Positions 36,154 through 49,082 are shown, numbered from the whole stretch's first letter. The stretch: DNA of 63,412 nt, filler included, from Globobulimina sp. (GCA_003354225.1; 44 parts of 44 records of this genome joined end to end with filler, not necessarily neighbours in it), one strand, 5' to 3'. Program-made: numbers and translations. Notes: generated by a model not told the origin, from the sequence alone.

Positions 36154-37098
36154 TTACTCATAAATGTAAAAATATGAACGCAAAAAATTACTGTCTTCGA
36201 GTTTTCCACCCCCAATCGGAACATTATCAATTCCTTCTTTTCCCGGACGTATTAAATACCAACAACACGCACCATCCCATTGATCCCAATAACGTTTCCG
36301 TCGAATTTCAAACGTTCCTTCTTTCTTACTATTTTGCACCAATGTTTGATAAATTCCAAATGGATGCGAGATATCTTTGGATTCGAACATCCCAAAATCC
36401 CCAGGTTGCCTCATCCCAAATATGTCTGTAATAATTGCTCTGTTTTGTACTGGTGCACTAAGATAATACCAAAGAAATATAAACATTGTATATGCTGCAA
36501 GTTCATCAGTTAACACATCTGCAAATTGACCCACATATATATAAGAGCTGTATTCCGCCACTGGGTATCTTTCAGGACAAAAACGACAATGATACTGTTT
36601 AATATATAGCTGATAAATGATTTGCTTTTGTTTGCGATTTGGAAATCCTCCAACCACTCTGGTTCTCGGTTTAGATGCTTTGGTGACTCTCAGTTTAATA
36701 TGAGTTTTTTGTGTATTTTGATTTGATAAATCGAGTCTTTGTCTGGCGCTGTCAATTATATTTTGACAGGGTTTAAAAATTGGATTTTGAATGGTTGTGC
36801 TACTTCGCGCTAAATAAAACTCATTTTTTCTACGTTCTGTTCTAATGAATGTTGCTCCTTTGGTTTGTTGCACCGATACTAAATTATATTGCGTAATAAC
36901 TGCTTGTTTAGCGGCTGCGGATCGAGCATATGAATGTTTTCGTGCAAATGTTGCAATTAATGCTTTACAAACATTATCTTCATACTTTGGAAGTAGAGTT
37001 AATTTATCATAGGGTACGTATTGCTGTTTGGATTCTATATTACTAACATAGGATGCAAGTAATGTGAATGTTAGCAACATATATCTAAATTCATTCAT
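36154..37098 (-). CDS. Hypothetical secreted basic protein
   Basis: About 314-aa ORF from MNEFRYMLLTFTLLA (signal-like); no family recognised. Confidence 0.6.
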   Translation of the reverse strand: MNEFRYMLLTFTLLASYVSNIESKQQYVPYDKLTLLPKYEDNVCKALIATFARKHSYARSAAAKQAVITQYNLVSVQQTKGATFIRTERRKNEFYLARSSTTIQNPIFKPCQNIIDSARQRLDLSNQNTQKTHIKLRVTKASKPRTRVVGGFPNRKQKQIIYQLYIKQYHCRFCPERYPVAEYSSYIYVGQFADVLTDELAAYTMFIFLWYYLSAPVQNRAIITDIFGMRQPGDFGMFESKDISHPFGIYQTLVQNSKKEGTFEIRRKRYWDQWDGACCWYLIRPGKEGIDNVPIGGGKLEDSNFLRSYFYIYE

Positions 37099-38073
37099 TT
37101 GTATAAATGCAAATAACACAGCGGTTTGATACTGAATCAGTTTGACAAAAATCCGCTCATAATTCAGGTTATGTGCAGTACTAACAGTACCTTTATAAAT
37201 CTGTCGTTTGGTAATAATAATGAGGTGTGCCATGGTCATTTTATAATTTATAAGTTGAGTCACAACCAAAAGAAACAATGGCAATTCCCTTTTCTTTATC
37301 AAACACGATTTTAGCATCAATATGTTCATTCATATTTTTATTTCTCTATGCACCAATAGCAATGTTCCAAGCAAGACAATTCTACAAACAACGTAACCAT
37401 TTAATCCTAATTAAAAGATATGGCAATATTACGTTGTGNNNNNNNNNNNNNNNNNNNNNNNNNNNNNNNNNNNNNNNNNNNNTTAATTAATTAANNNNNN
37501 NNNNNNNNNNNNNNNNNNNNNNNNNNNNNNNNNNNNNNTTTTATTTGATATGGTCCATAATATGGTCCAAAGTGTGCTCTATTTGCATTGCAACGCCTTC
37601 GCCCATCGCCAACATGTCGTATTAACTGAATGTTTTTTGAAACATTTTATAACAACCTGGACATTGAATGGTTTTTCGCATTAATATCATCACATTTTAA
37701 TTTTCTATGCTTTCTCATTGATTTTAATTGCGATCGAAATTGCAGATGAATGCGTATAATAATTATCATTATCGTTTTGATTCAATGAAATCACTGAAAT
37801 CACTGGAATCGCTGAAATGATCTGATTGGTTTGAATGGAATGTGTATTGTGATTTTTTGTGTTGTGGTTCTTTGAGGAATTATTGACCAAACGTTTTTCG
37901 CATTACCAACATTGTGTTGCGTAATGAGTCTGACTCCGCCATCATTCATAATTTCAGCACAGCACTTATTCATATTTCTCTTCAACGAAAGGATTTAAAA
38001 ATTTTTTGTGTCAACAACTTCTGACACTGTAACTAATTACACATTTGAACCATAGGAATATCAACAGTTAAAA

Positions 38074-38670
38074 ATGAGAGTTCTTCAACATGTGGTAACT
38101 TTTGTGCTTGACAAATTTGAAGAAAAAGATATGGAGAGAGTTGCCAAACAAGTTGACAAAATGGAAAAAGTAATACCTGGAATAATATGTGCCACATTCA
38201 ATGAAAATCGAATCGATTATTATCAAGTACGGCAATTGCAATAAACATCCATTTTAATTTATCATTTGATTTTATCAACGTGTCATATTAAAATATAAAA
38301 AACAAACAAACAAAAAAAGGGTTATGAGGACAGAAGACGAGGGAATAACTACACTTTATTGATAATTTTCGAAGAAGAGAAAGCAATGCAAGTTTATATG
38401 GACCATAATGAACACACCGCAGTTAGTCAGTTACATCTTTTTTTTGTTTGAATATACATATTGCGAATTTGCGGAATGATTTAATAAAAATATGCATTTA
38501 ATTTTTATGAACAGTTTAAGAAATTGGTAGGACCATTTTTACAAAAAGATGGGGTGACAGTAGTTGACTTTTACCAAGATAATTTTCCTGAATTTGCAGT
38601 ATATGGACATACAATGATGTCAAAAGCGGGTCCAGCCTCAGCTAAACCTGGTGGGTTCAGTTCAAAATAA
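38074..38670 (+). CDS. Dabb (stress-responsive A/B barrel) protein, three exons; absent from the ORF track
   Basis: MRVLQHVVTF..IPGI..|GYEDRRRGNNYTLLIIF..YMDHNEHTA|FKKLVGP..VVDF. Introns at 38227-38319 and 38422-38514. Confidence 0.85.
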
Positions 38671-39868
38671 ACTGACTGGACTGACAACTAATTGATTAAT
38701 TAAAGTTTTTAACTCACTAAACTCAGTAGAAAATCAAGGCAAACCCTTGAGAATACTAAATACAACATTTATGGGCAGATGCAGATGACATTGAGACGAA
38801 GGACAGGAGGCATCGCCAATCACTGGGGTTGTAGTGTCACAGCTGCATTGAAACTGAACTGAAGTAGTCGAAGAAAAGGAGNNNNNNNNNNNNNNNNNNN
38901 NNNNNNNNNNNNNNNNNNNNNNNNNTTAATTAATTAANNNNNNNNNNNNNNNNNNNNNNNNNNNNNNNNNNNNNNNNNNNNCATCATATCACTACCATTA
39001 TCAATTACAATTGCTGCGTCATCTTCATCTTCATTGGTCATCTTTAAGTGTAATAAAGAATATATCAATATATTATAGCTTATGTATAATTACAAGTATA
39101 ATGGTATATCTTTTCTACAATGTGAGTAATTGGGTATAATACAGTATAATTATAGGTGTAATAGGTATAATTGTACTGCACCAAACAACCGCCTTTGAGC
39201 CCAATAACTTATTAATAGTACTGACTATGTTTCTTGTTTCTAAAGTTTTGCAGAGTCCTCATTCTTTTTTTTAATTACGCGATGCCCAAATTACTGACAT
39301 TACTACGTCTTGTCATATCAGGTACATAATCAGTTAAATCATAGAGATAATACAATAATAACAGGCAACATACATGCGTACAGTCACTATATTCAACTCT
39401 GCGAATTGCAATGGATTAAAATCATTAAATAATCGCGACTTATATTTAAGTAATGACGTTTGCAATTTGTGCGTTTTAAAGTTAAGCACCGCACAAATCC
39501 GTGTAACTCACTTATTTGATATATATGTATATGAAATATGTGACAATTCCTCCAATGACCAACAAGATGTAGCAGTATGTGCGTATGATTTGGATCATAA
39601 ATGTATGTGCTTTTCATTAACGGTTAATTTCAAAGCACAATCAGCACAAACTGATATCATCAAACATATTAACATAAATATAATAATTAAACTAAATATA
39701 AATTGAAAGATTACTGAAAATTACTGAAACAATTATAGCAACGCATAAAACGCAAATGTAAATGTAGTAATATGCAAAACATTGCATTCGTGCATGGCTT
39801 CAATTAATTCTCCTGTTTAGGTCATAGTCCATCAACCAATTATCCGCCAATAAATTGAGAAATTCGTA

Positions 39869-40324
39869 ATGAGAATCACGCCGTCCTACCCATCCAAAAT
39901 AATTTCCCCGTATACACTCGTTAAATTACGTGAAGATAAATGGTTGCAAATTATCCAGGAAATCAAACACATGATGCCCTCTCGGATACGGTTGTTGGAG
40001 CACGAAATTAATTTGATTATAAAAAATAGCATATCTTCATCTCCGTCGAGTAAACATTCTTCCGCTCATTCTTCGCCATCCAAACAACACGAAATTGAGT
40101 CAGAATTATTGTTGGAACGATATCAATTGATAATGGCGCCCATTTTGGAATTATTAACGTCTTTGGAAAGTACAATCACATCAATCCCCACCACGCCGCA
40201 CGAATATAAATTTGAGAGGAAGTATGGTCGGCGGATCAATATATTATTAAAGAAATTTCGATCTCCGTCTTGTATTTCTGTGAAATCGCCGTCGGTGTTA
40301 TGGACTTCTGAGTTATTGGTGTTA
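39869..40324 (+). CDS. SMG1-like PIKK kinase internal fragment
   Basis: EDKWLQII..RIRLLEHEI..LIMAPILELL..PTTPHEYKFERKYG parallels SMG1 (RIQQLEDEV..LMKPIVFAL..ETPHEKWF). Confidence 0.6.
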
Positions 40325-41323
40325 NNNNNNNNNNNNNNNNNNNNNNNNNNNNNNNNNNNNNNNNNNNNTTAATTAATTAANNNNNNNNNNNNNNNNNNNN
40401 NNNNNNNNNNNNNNNNNNNNNNNNCATACAATGGATGCCAATGAATCACGAAATGAATCATCAAATAAAACACCAGAATCATCAGTAATAAAATCGGCAA
40501 ACTCGCGAACATCGGTGATGAATTTATCAGTTATAAAAGAAGAAAGTAATATAGTTTGCGGAATGGAAATGATTAAAATTGATATTCCAAGACATTTATC
40601 AGCAGAGAATAATAATTCCGCCACCATTGCAACAGATATTATAATGCCTGAAATATCTGAAAAGTCGCAGGGGGAATCAAATTTAATTAATATTAAACCA
40701 TCAGATACATTTCAATTTTCTTCTGCTTTATTAAGACAAAAACTTAATATAATGACAAAAAATAAGAAAAATAATAAAAATGATGCTGGAACTAATATAT
40801 ATGACAATAATCCAAACGAAATTGAATCAGCAATGTATGATATATATTCATCAAAATAAAATAAAATAACGTAAGTGTTGTTTTTATTTTGTTTTTATTA
40901 GCTAGGTAATATAGTTTTTTTTTGAATTTTTTAGATTGACGTTTTATTGTTAATTCAAAAAGTTGTGTACGTTTAAAGTAACGTTTTGCTTATATTGTGT
41001 TTTGTGTCTTTGTTCTATTCATCATCATCCCAATGGACACCGGTTAATGTTTTCTTTTGATGATGTATATTGCATTTATGTTTTTGTTGTTTTTGTTGTT
41101 TTTGTTTTGTGTTTGTTTGTAGTGTACAAATTAAGATCGAAACAATTTTGTGTCTAAATATATTTTGATCATATTTGTTTATTTGTAAACTAATATATAC
41201 GTTATTTACCCAACATTCCCCAACGATATATCCAAAAGAAAACACAGCCTGAGCTTCAAAGATAACACAGTTCAATATTTACTCTCTTCCTTTATTTTCT
41301 ACTTTCCACACAAATTCACCACA

Positions 41324-41767
41324 ATGGGAGCAGTCGAAACTGTCATTGACCTTGTATCAGACAATAGAACATACTACAAATGTCCACGCTGCAAACAAGA
41401 AGTATGGGCGTATGGTTCATTTGTCGGTAATGTGTGTTGGGATTGTCCTGGCACCCTCCTACACGCAACTGTCAAAACTACAGATCTGGCAACATTTGGC
41501 GCCACGTCGACGGCATTAGATGCAGTCATCGATAATAGAACAGAATACCGGTGCCCCCGCTGTGGGGTTGAAAAATGGGCATATGGCGTAGGAATTGGTC
41601 GGCCATGTTTAGAATGCATTGCCAAAGACCCATTCGATTTCGGCATAGGTGACGATAAAAGTTGGTTTGATATGTCGCGAGCTGCCGACTGTGCTAAATC
41701 GTTAAAGTCATTCATAAACGGCAATTATAGTTCGTCAGGAAATGTGGTGAATATCAAAGGCAAAACA
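41324..41767 (+). CDS. Protein with two tandem CxxC..CxxC Zn-ribbon-like repeats, 3'-truncated
   Basis: DNRTYYKCPRC..WAYG..G.VCWDC and DNRTEYRCPRC..WAYG..GRPCLEC. Confidence 0.7.
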
Positions 41768-41866
41768 NNNNNNNNNNNNNNNNNNNNNNNNNNNNNNNNN
41801 NNNNNNNNNNNTTAATTAATTAANNNNNNNNNNNNNNNNNNNNNNNNNNNNNNNNNNNNNNNNNNN

Positions 41867-43210
41867 NTCGTTCAAATTCTGGATCGGTTGAATCCCGTTC
41901 TGGTAACTTGTACATTGACCAAAACTTTGCCAAATGGTCCAAACTTGCACATCTGACTGTCAGGAAAATAACGCAAGGGTATTCTTGACCTTGAGCTGAA
42001 TCAACCGTTTTACAATGTGGTCGCTTACTTGCATTGTTCCAACGATGGGTTAACAGATCTTCCACAATTGCAGCTGTACCGGCATATGGTGTCAAGATCA
42101 TAATTTCTTCTGGTGTAAATGCTTTCATGGCTTCAGCAATATACCATACCAATATTACAGTTTGACGGATTTGATTCATATTGATCCGACTTTCTCCATC
42201 AATACTTTCTTCAGTTCCTCTTACTGCAAGATAAGCAAATGACAAACCTTCTGTTCCCCAAGGTAAACGCCAACCAGCCCAATCTTTCTCTTTCTGTTGT
42301 TCTTCATTCAATCCTGTTGTAACTTTTCCTCCGTAAAATACATCTGATGTAAAATTTCCCATACATGCTGATTGACGGAATGTTTTAGTCAACATTTGAG
42401 TGATGATTGTTGGATTGACATTGGCTACTGGAACTTCCAATTTGTCAATAGCAGATTCAATTGTGTAAGGCATTATCACTTTCTTCATAATTGGTCCTGG
42501 ATTCAACAATCTGGCTTGTGTACTGATTGCATAAAGTCGTCCGGATGCAGCATGAGCATGAACAACAGGATCCAATTGCATTGGATCTCCACACAGTACA
42601 ATCTGTCGAGCAACCTTGTCAGTCAATAGTCTGCATGCAATGAAACTATCCGTATCAGTGGCATAAGAAGCTTCATCTGCTAACAATGTCGTGATGTTCA
42701 GATTCACCTTGAACTTTCCCAAGTATGCTTCTCCTTGTCTAAACGTCATTATGATCAAATTGAACTTACATGAGTCCATTACGCCTTTATACAAGGTTTG
42801 TAGATCTTTCTTCGTCTTTTTAACTAATGCTTGTTGTCTACTTTTCATCTTGAGTCTCCGCAATTGATCGTTCTCTACTGCCATGAGATCTGTCAATTCT
42901 TCTATATCTTCCCAACCTCTGTAATATGCTGCTCTTGTCATCATTACAGCTGGTACTGCATTTTGATCTTTGAACATATAGAAATTGATTGAGATACATT
43001 CTACTTGTTCGTAAGGTATTGGTACTCCTAGTGCATCAATTGGTGTCAATAATACTGCACGATAACGAGGCAAGTCTTGAACCGATATACCTGATCTTCT
43101 CGTTTTATGTGCCATTAATGCAAATCCGTAATCCATCATTGCTGATGCTTTAGTGCACAATGAGTAAGAGGCTTCATGGGTTGGTGTTATAATACCTATC
43201 ACTTCTTGTT
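41867..43210 (-). CDS. Upf1/DNA2-like superfamily 1 helicase, internal fragment
   Basis: LLADEAS, LCGDPMQLDPVV, MLTKTFRQ, ILTPYAG, TVDSAQGQEYPCVIF. Confidence 0.88.
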
Positions 43211-43369
43211 NNNNNNNNNNNNNNNNNNNNNNNNNNNNNNNNNNNNNNNNNNNNTTAATTAATTAANNNNNNNNNNNNNNNNNNNNNNNNNNNNNNNNNN
43301 NNNNNNNNNNTTTATTGGGGTAAGGTATAAGCAAACCGTTTCTGGTGACTGATAAAGGTAAAAATAATA

Positions 43370-43395
43370 TAGGTTTGCCTTCGTTTCTCAGAAAC
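43370..43395 (+). repeat. 26-bp sequence identical to 57586-57611; probable transposon terminus
   Basis: TAGGTTTGCCTTCGTTTCTCAGAAAC in two unrelated contigs. Confidence 0.8.
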
Positions 43396-43614
43396 AATAA
43401 AAATCTGACGCTGAAAACCGGATGCTCTTTCTAAAACGAAGTGTTTCTAAAAGGCAGAATATATGTATGCACCAGCAAATCACCAACAATGGCAACAAAA
43501 CTATATGTTTTGATGATTCGGGCATATCGATAGGATCATGAAAAAAAAGAAAAAAACTTTTCAAACAACAACACATTTTCAGTACATATCGGAGAGCCCT
43601 ATTCCTATCAAGGA

Positions 43615-44653
43615 ATGTCCGTTGTTTCTCTTTTGGCAATACTTTTGCCTGTATTATATGCCCAGAAATATGTCAATGCGCCTGATAATATGGCATATTG
43701 GTCCTATGAATGCAATTCAACAATGTGTCAAGAAGCAATTATCAATTGTCCAACTCATGCAATTTGTAACATATCCTGCGATGTAAGTGAGGCATGCAGG
43801 GATGCACTCATTAATTGGCCTACTAATGATTATTATGGAACAATTTCGTGTGTTGGAGATTATTCATGTTTAGGTGTAAACTTTCCTCATCCTGACCCAA
43901 ATCAAGATTTTACCTTAAATTGTGGAGGAGTGGATTCCTGTGGTTGGGCAGCAGATATTTACTGTCCCAGTAATGCTAATTGCAATATCAATTGTTATGG
44001 TGAAACATCGTGTTATTTTTCTACAACAGATTGGTCACATCCTGGCACTGGTACTATATCATGCGGTGGTTTACGCTCTTGTGTTGGTGTAAATATGCCA
44101 CGCCCTGAGTCAAATACTGGTTTTACGTTTTTCTGTCAACAGATAGCATGTCTCTATGCCACTATTTATTGCCCAACAGATGCAAATTGCAACATTCAAT
44201 GTTCAACTCGATCATGTCAACATGCAAATATTATTTGTCCAATCAATGCAAACTGCAACATTGCCTGTTTAGGAATTCGCGCCTGTCAAAATACAAATAT
44301 ATCGTGGACGTATTGGACAAATGGAATAAATACATTAATATGTGACGATACAGATGCTTGTGTTAATGCAACTGAAATACCACCTATGTCATCCACCGGA
44401 GATCCAACATATTCACCAACATATTTACCAACATATTTACCATCCCGTTTACCAACAAATATGCCAACCCATTTACCAACATATTTACCAATGTATCCAG
44501 AAACTGCAAATCCAACATATGTACCGACGTATTTACCACCCACATATTCCCCATCAATATATCCAGTCAATCAATTTCGTGCTGATTCGGCAAAACAAAA
44601 TCCACGATTCATAGCGTTATATATTGCTGGGAGCATGCTATTGCTCTGTGTTT
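43615..44653 (+). CDS. Cys-rich repeat cell-surface protein with PT stalk and TM helix
   Basis: Signal peptide, repeated IYCPxxAxCNIxC units, PTYxPT repeats, C-terminal hydrophobic helix. Confidence 0.85.
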
Positions 44654-44891
44654 NNNNNNNNNNNNNNNNNNNNNNNNNNNNNNNNNNNNNNNNNNNNTTA
44701 ATTAATTAANNNNNNNNNNNNNNNNNNNNNNNNNNNNNNNNNNNNNNNNNNNNGATCGCACATTGTTACTTAGAAAGTGAAGCAGTCAAATGTTAGTGAA
44801 AATAGAAAATTTAAATGTTGATTCATTAAATGAACTAAAAGCAAAAACTCTATTGAATCAATTATCAAGAAATAACGAGTGAGTATAAAAA

Positions 44892-46064
44892 TCAGTCTTG
44901 CTTACTTTGCTTTGGTTGCTGTTTGCATTGAGTTAACAGCCATTGTTTCCATTCTTGAATATCATTATTCCCTTTTTTTTCATCATCATTATCCATGGCC
45001 ATCATAACAATTTGTTTGTTCCTATTTTTTTTTAATTTATCTTTTTTTGAAAATAAAATTAATTTCGGAATGTGCACCGCATTGAATGTTTCCAAAGAGT
45101 AGCTATGTAAATCCAATTCTCTTTCGTTGATAAAGTATTCTAATAATTCATGCGTTGTTTTTTCAAAATTGTTATAAATTGGCACTTTATAATCATTCTG
45201 AACACGATTTATTGTGATAACAGACATAATTGATTTCTTTGGACACGCTGCAAACATTTTCATTGACATTCCAGGATAAATTAAATGCAGTACTTTATTT
45301 CCATAAACTTCAAACTTATTTGGTGAACATAAGCATTTTGATGAAAATTTATTTTTTACTCCTTTATAAATTGTTAACACGTCATGTTTACAATAAATAG
45401 TTCCACATAAATCCCATAAATAATTCCAATCACTTTTTGCTTTGCTCGGCATCCAAATATTATACTTTTTGTAATTTAATTTTGTGGTAAATACAGGGAT
45501 TGGAGCTGTTGTTGAAGATGGATGCGAATAATTTATTTTTTCATTTAATTTGGGAAAAAATGCAAGTAAGCGATTGCTTTCATCCTTTAATAAATTCAAT
45601 GCATTTGAAATATGAAAGCAACGATAAAATATCATATCATCGACATGGAAGCAAATATATTGCGATGTGCTTGTATTAATTAAATCGAACAAGTTTTGGT
45701 CAAACTTTGTTTCTTTTATAAGATGTATGTTTGGATACATTGCATATTCATTAATCAAATGTTGATACGCATTTTCAAACTTATTTGACGACGATGTGTA
45801 TAATATCTTATACTCGTATTGTCCTGCAAATATTTTGCAAATATTTTGGTGATAATTTTTATAGGAATATAATTATATAAATGTACCGTTCCAATTTATG
45901 ACAACAGATCGAATTAACTCTTGTAACTGTGTTGGTATTTGCATATAGTTATTGTTTGCTATTCATATATAAAAATCAAATAAATACTTACTAACTTGCC
46001 ACGGTCTATCTTTTGAGAAACAGATCACGGTTAAACTTAATTGCTTTGATTTGAGGCGTGACAT
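44892..46064 (-). CDS. Glycosyltransferase-like protein (FSKDRP family), two introns
   Basis: ICFSKDRPWQ|LQELIRS..G|QYEYKILY..FENAY..YICFHVDDMIF (VDD acidic motif)..DWNYLWDLCGTIY..PNKFE. Confidence 0.7.
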
Positions 46065-47641
46065 TCTTTTGCAACACTTGTGATTTTTTTTGCCTCNNNN
46101 NNNNNNNNNNNNNNNNNNNNNNNNNNNNNNNNNNNNNNNNTTAATTAATTAANNNNNNNNNNNNNNNNNNNNNNNNNNNNNNNNNNNNNNNNNNNNGTTG
46201 TTTTTGAGATTGCTTTTAAACTAATATAGCATATGCTTATGTTACATAGATGTTTCGTATGTAAACTGCTATCGTAGTTTAAAAATCCAATCTCGGCTAG
46301 AAGTGACTGTAAAAGTGACATGCTTCAAAATTGTAAGGCTCCGAACTTAGTTGACATTAGTCAATTGTTTCCTAACTCCACATTTAGGCAAAATAACCGT
46401 AACTCCAAAACCTAATATAAAATTGTCGACCTATGTGTAGAAGCAATAGATGCTGAATCAAGATGTCTGGCTACTTTCTCTGAGTTAACATCTGATGGTT
46501 TGAGATGATCCGCAATCTTCAAAATATCACCTAATATAATTCCTCATCTTTGATTTAACAGAGTTCTTATTGTCATCGTATCCATTTTAATGTCTTTTTC
46601 CATCAACTTATCTTGAAATGGAAACAATAAAAATTTGATCAATACATCATACTCAATACACTCGATACTTAGTCCGAAACATTTCGTATAAATTTCATCA
46701 ATTTCGTCAATCAAAATCCATCATAAAGTGTTGTAAATCTTCCTTTTCATCGTTACAGTTTGGCTGATTGCAGAAAATGGTATAAATATCATATTTTCTA
46801 TGCATGCAGAGCAGTGGCAAAAATAATGTGTAATAACAAAAATAATGTTTATATATTGTTTGTATAAGATTTTTCAATTGTTTTTATGGGGTCGAAACGT
46901 CAAAAATTGCAAATTAGATATAGTTCGATCAACTCCTTAAAGCTACTATCGCCACATTCAAAAATTAAGGCCCCGGGAGAAGATAACCCAACAAGGCAGG
47001 TCTTGAAACAAGGCAGGTCTTGATACATATTACCGTAATATAACTATGTATAAAACAACCAAAAAAAATAAAACAACCGTAATATAAAAAATAATACTTA
47101 CTTACTTATCATTTTGTAATTTATTATCATTATAATTATTAGAATCATATGTTACCATTTGTATTGATGTATTATTATCTGTTCCAATCTTTCGTTCAGT
47201 TAAATTTACATTTTCTTCATTTTGTAGAGGCATAAATGATGGCAATGCATCCGATGTATTACTATTGTATATGCTCCTTTATTAGTAACTATTGTATATG
47301 CTCCATTCTTTGTATTCATTTCCATACTTTCCTCTCCTTCCACTCCTTCCAATTCCACAGCATTTAACGGTTTTGCATTTCTTCTTTTATTCACGCAAAG
47401 AAATACACAAATTGTTCCAAGAAATGCACCAAGAAATGCGCACACTGCAATTGCAATAATTGTGATTGTCTCTGTATTCACTTTGTGTAAAAAACAATAA
47501 TTTAATATGTATATCAATAATATATGTACATTATAATTANNNNNNNNNNNNNNNNNNNNNNNNNNNNNNNNNNNNNNNNNNNNTTAATTAATTAANNNNN
47601 NNNNNNNNNNNNNNNNNNNNNNNNNNNNNNNNNNNNNNNAG

Positions 47642-47783
47642 CTCACTTCAAGAAAATCTTATTTTCAGGGTTCTCACCTTTATTGCATAGATTTGTCTTT
47701 TCTTTCATATGCTAGAATCCATCTATCCTTGCACTGTCGTCTTTGAGGTGAGAATCCTGATATTAAGATTTTCTTGAAGTGAG
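47642..47783. repeat. 142-bp foldback element (MITE-like) with 38-bp inverted arms
   Basis: 47642-47679 matches the reverse complement of 47746-47783 at 35/38. Confidence 0.85.
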
Positions 47784-47842
47784 TTTAGATAAAGTTAAAA
47801 CTTTGAAGTTGTTATTTTGGTGAATAATCCTGTCCTTCCAAA

Positions 47843-48716
47843 ATGTACAAGTCGCAATATGATAACGACGTAACATTATGGTCGCCAGCCGGTCGTTTAC
47901 ATCAATTAGAATACGCCTGCAGTGCCGTGACGCAAGGCTCTGTAGTCTTAGGTTTGAAATCCTCGACCCACGCCATATTGGTTGGTTTACGTCGCTCTCC
48001 TTCGGATTTAGCTCATCATCAAGAAAAATTATTTAACATTGACTCGCATTGTGCCATCGGAGTAAGCGGATTGATATCTGATGGTAGAAGATTGTGTAAA
48101 TATATGCGCTCTGAGACTTTAAATTATAGGCATGCCATTATCCATCCTTGCACTCCACAAATAATACAATAATAATATCAGATATGTGTATAACTCATCC
48201 ATGGCGTTGTCCCGTTTGGTATTAGATGTTGCCGATAAATGCCAGGGACAGACCCAAACCACACAAGGCAGGCCATTTGGTGTAGGATTATTAGTCATTG
48301 GCTATGACTCAAAAGGCGCACATTTATACGAAACCGACCCCGCCGGCAATTATTTTGAATATTTTGCGCATGCCATTGGTGCACGGAATCAAGCGGCAAA
48401 AACCTATCTAGAAAAGAAATATGAGGAATTTCCCAAATTGGACGTGGACGATTTATTGCAACATGGCGTGAATGCATTGAAGGAGACGGTGAGAACACGG
48501 GGCTTGAAATTGAGCACTGACAATGTGTCGGTGATGATTGTTGGGCGGGGAATGGATGTGAAACATTTAAATGATGAGGAATTACAACCGTTTATTGATA
48601 AAGTGGAAGGGGGTGAGGATGCGGATGATGATGACGAGGACGACGATGATGATGATAGTGATGTGGTTAAATTGCCACCCAAATCTGCGATGGATGTGGA
48701 CAAACAGGAGACATAA
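47843..48716 (+). CDS. PSMA1: 20S proteasome subunit alpha-6 (alpha type-1), one GC-AG intron
   Basis: YDNDVTLWSPAGRLHQLEYA, RPFGVGLLVIGYD, AIGARNQAAKTYLEK. Intron 48130-48181 restores LNYR|YVYNS. Confidence 0.95.
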
Positions 48717-49082
48717 TATTTGTTATTGACTTAATATATCATGATTTCAACTGATTTTTCTTGTCATTTTGTGTCGAAGCAAATTGGTGTAAGTCCCCAT
48801 ATGTTTTAAACAATGGTACAGATCGTCTGTCTGTTAACGTTAGTATAACGTTCCAAACCTTCGTGGCACTGTTTCTATATATGGGATTCTGGCATTTTAA
48901 TTTTTTGACCTGTCTACGGCTGAAAAAACTGCATGAAAATAGTCACTCGATCTGTCTGCACGGCAATGTCAAAGGATATTACNNNNNNNNNNNNNNNNNN
49001 NNNNNNNNNNNNNNNNNNNNNNNNNNTTAATTAATTAANNNNNNNNNNNNNNNNNNNNNNNNNNNNNNNNNNNNNNNNNNNN

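Noticed and set aside
37545-37700. GPYYGPYQI as a retroelement GPY/F motif
   Set aside because: No integrase context; it lies after a frameshifted C2H2-like remnant.
46500-46760. Non-LTR retrotransposon C-terminal remnant (EDLQHF..)
   Set aside because: Too decayed to support.
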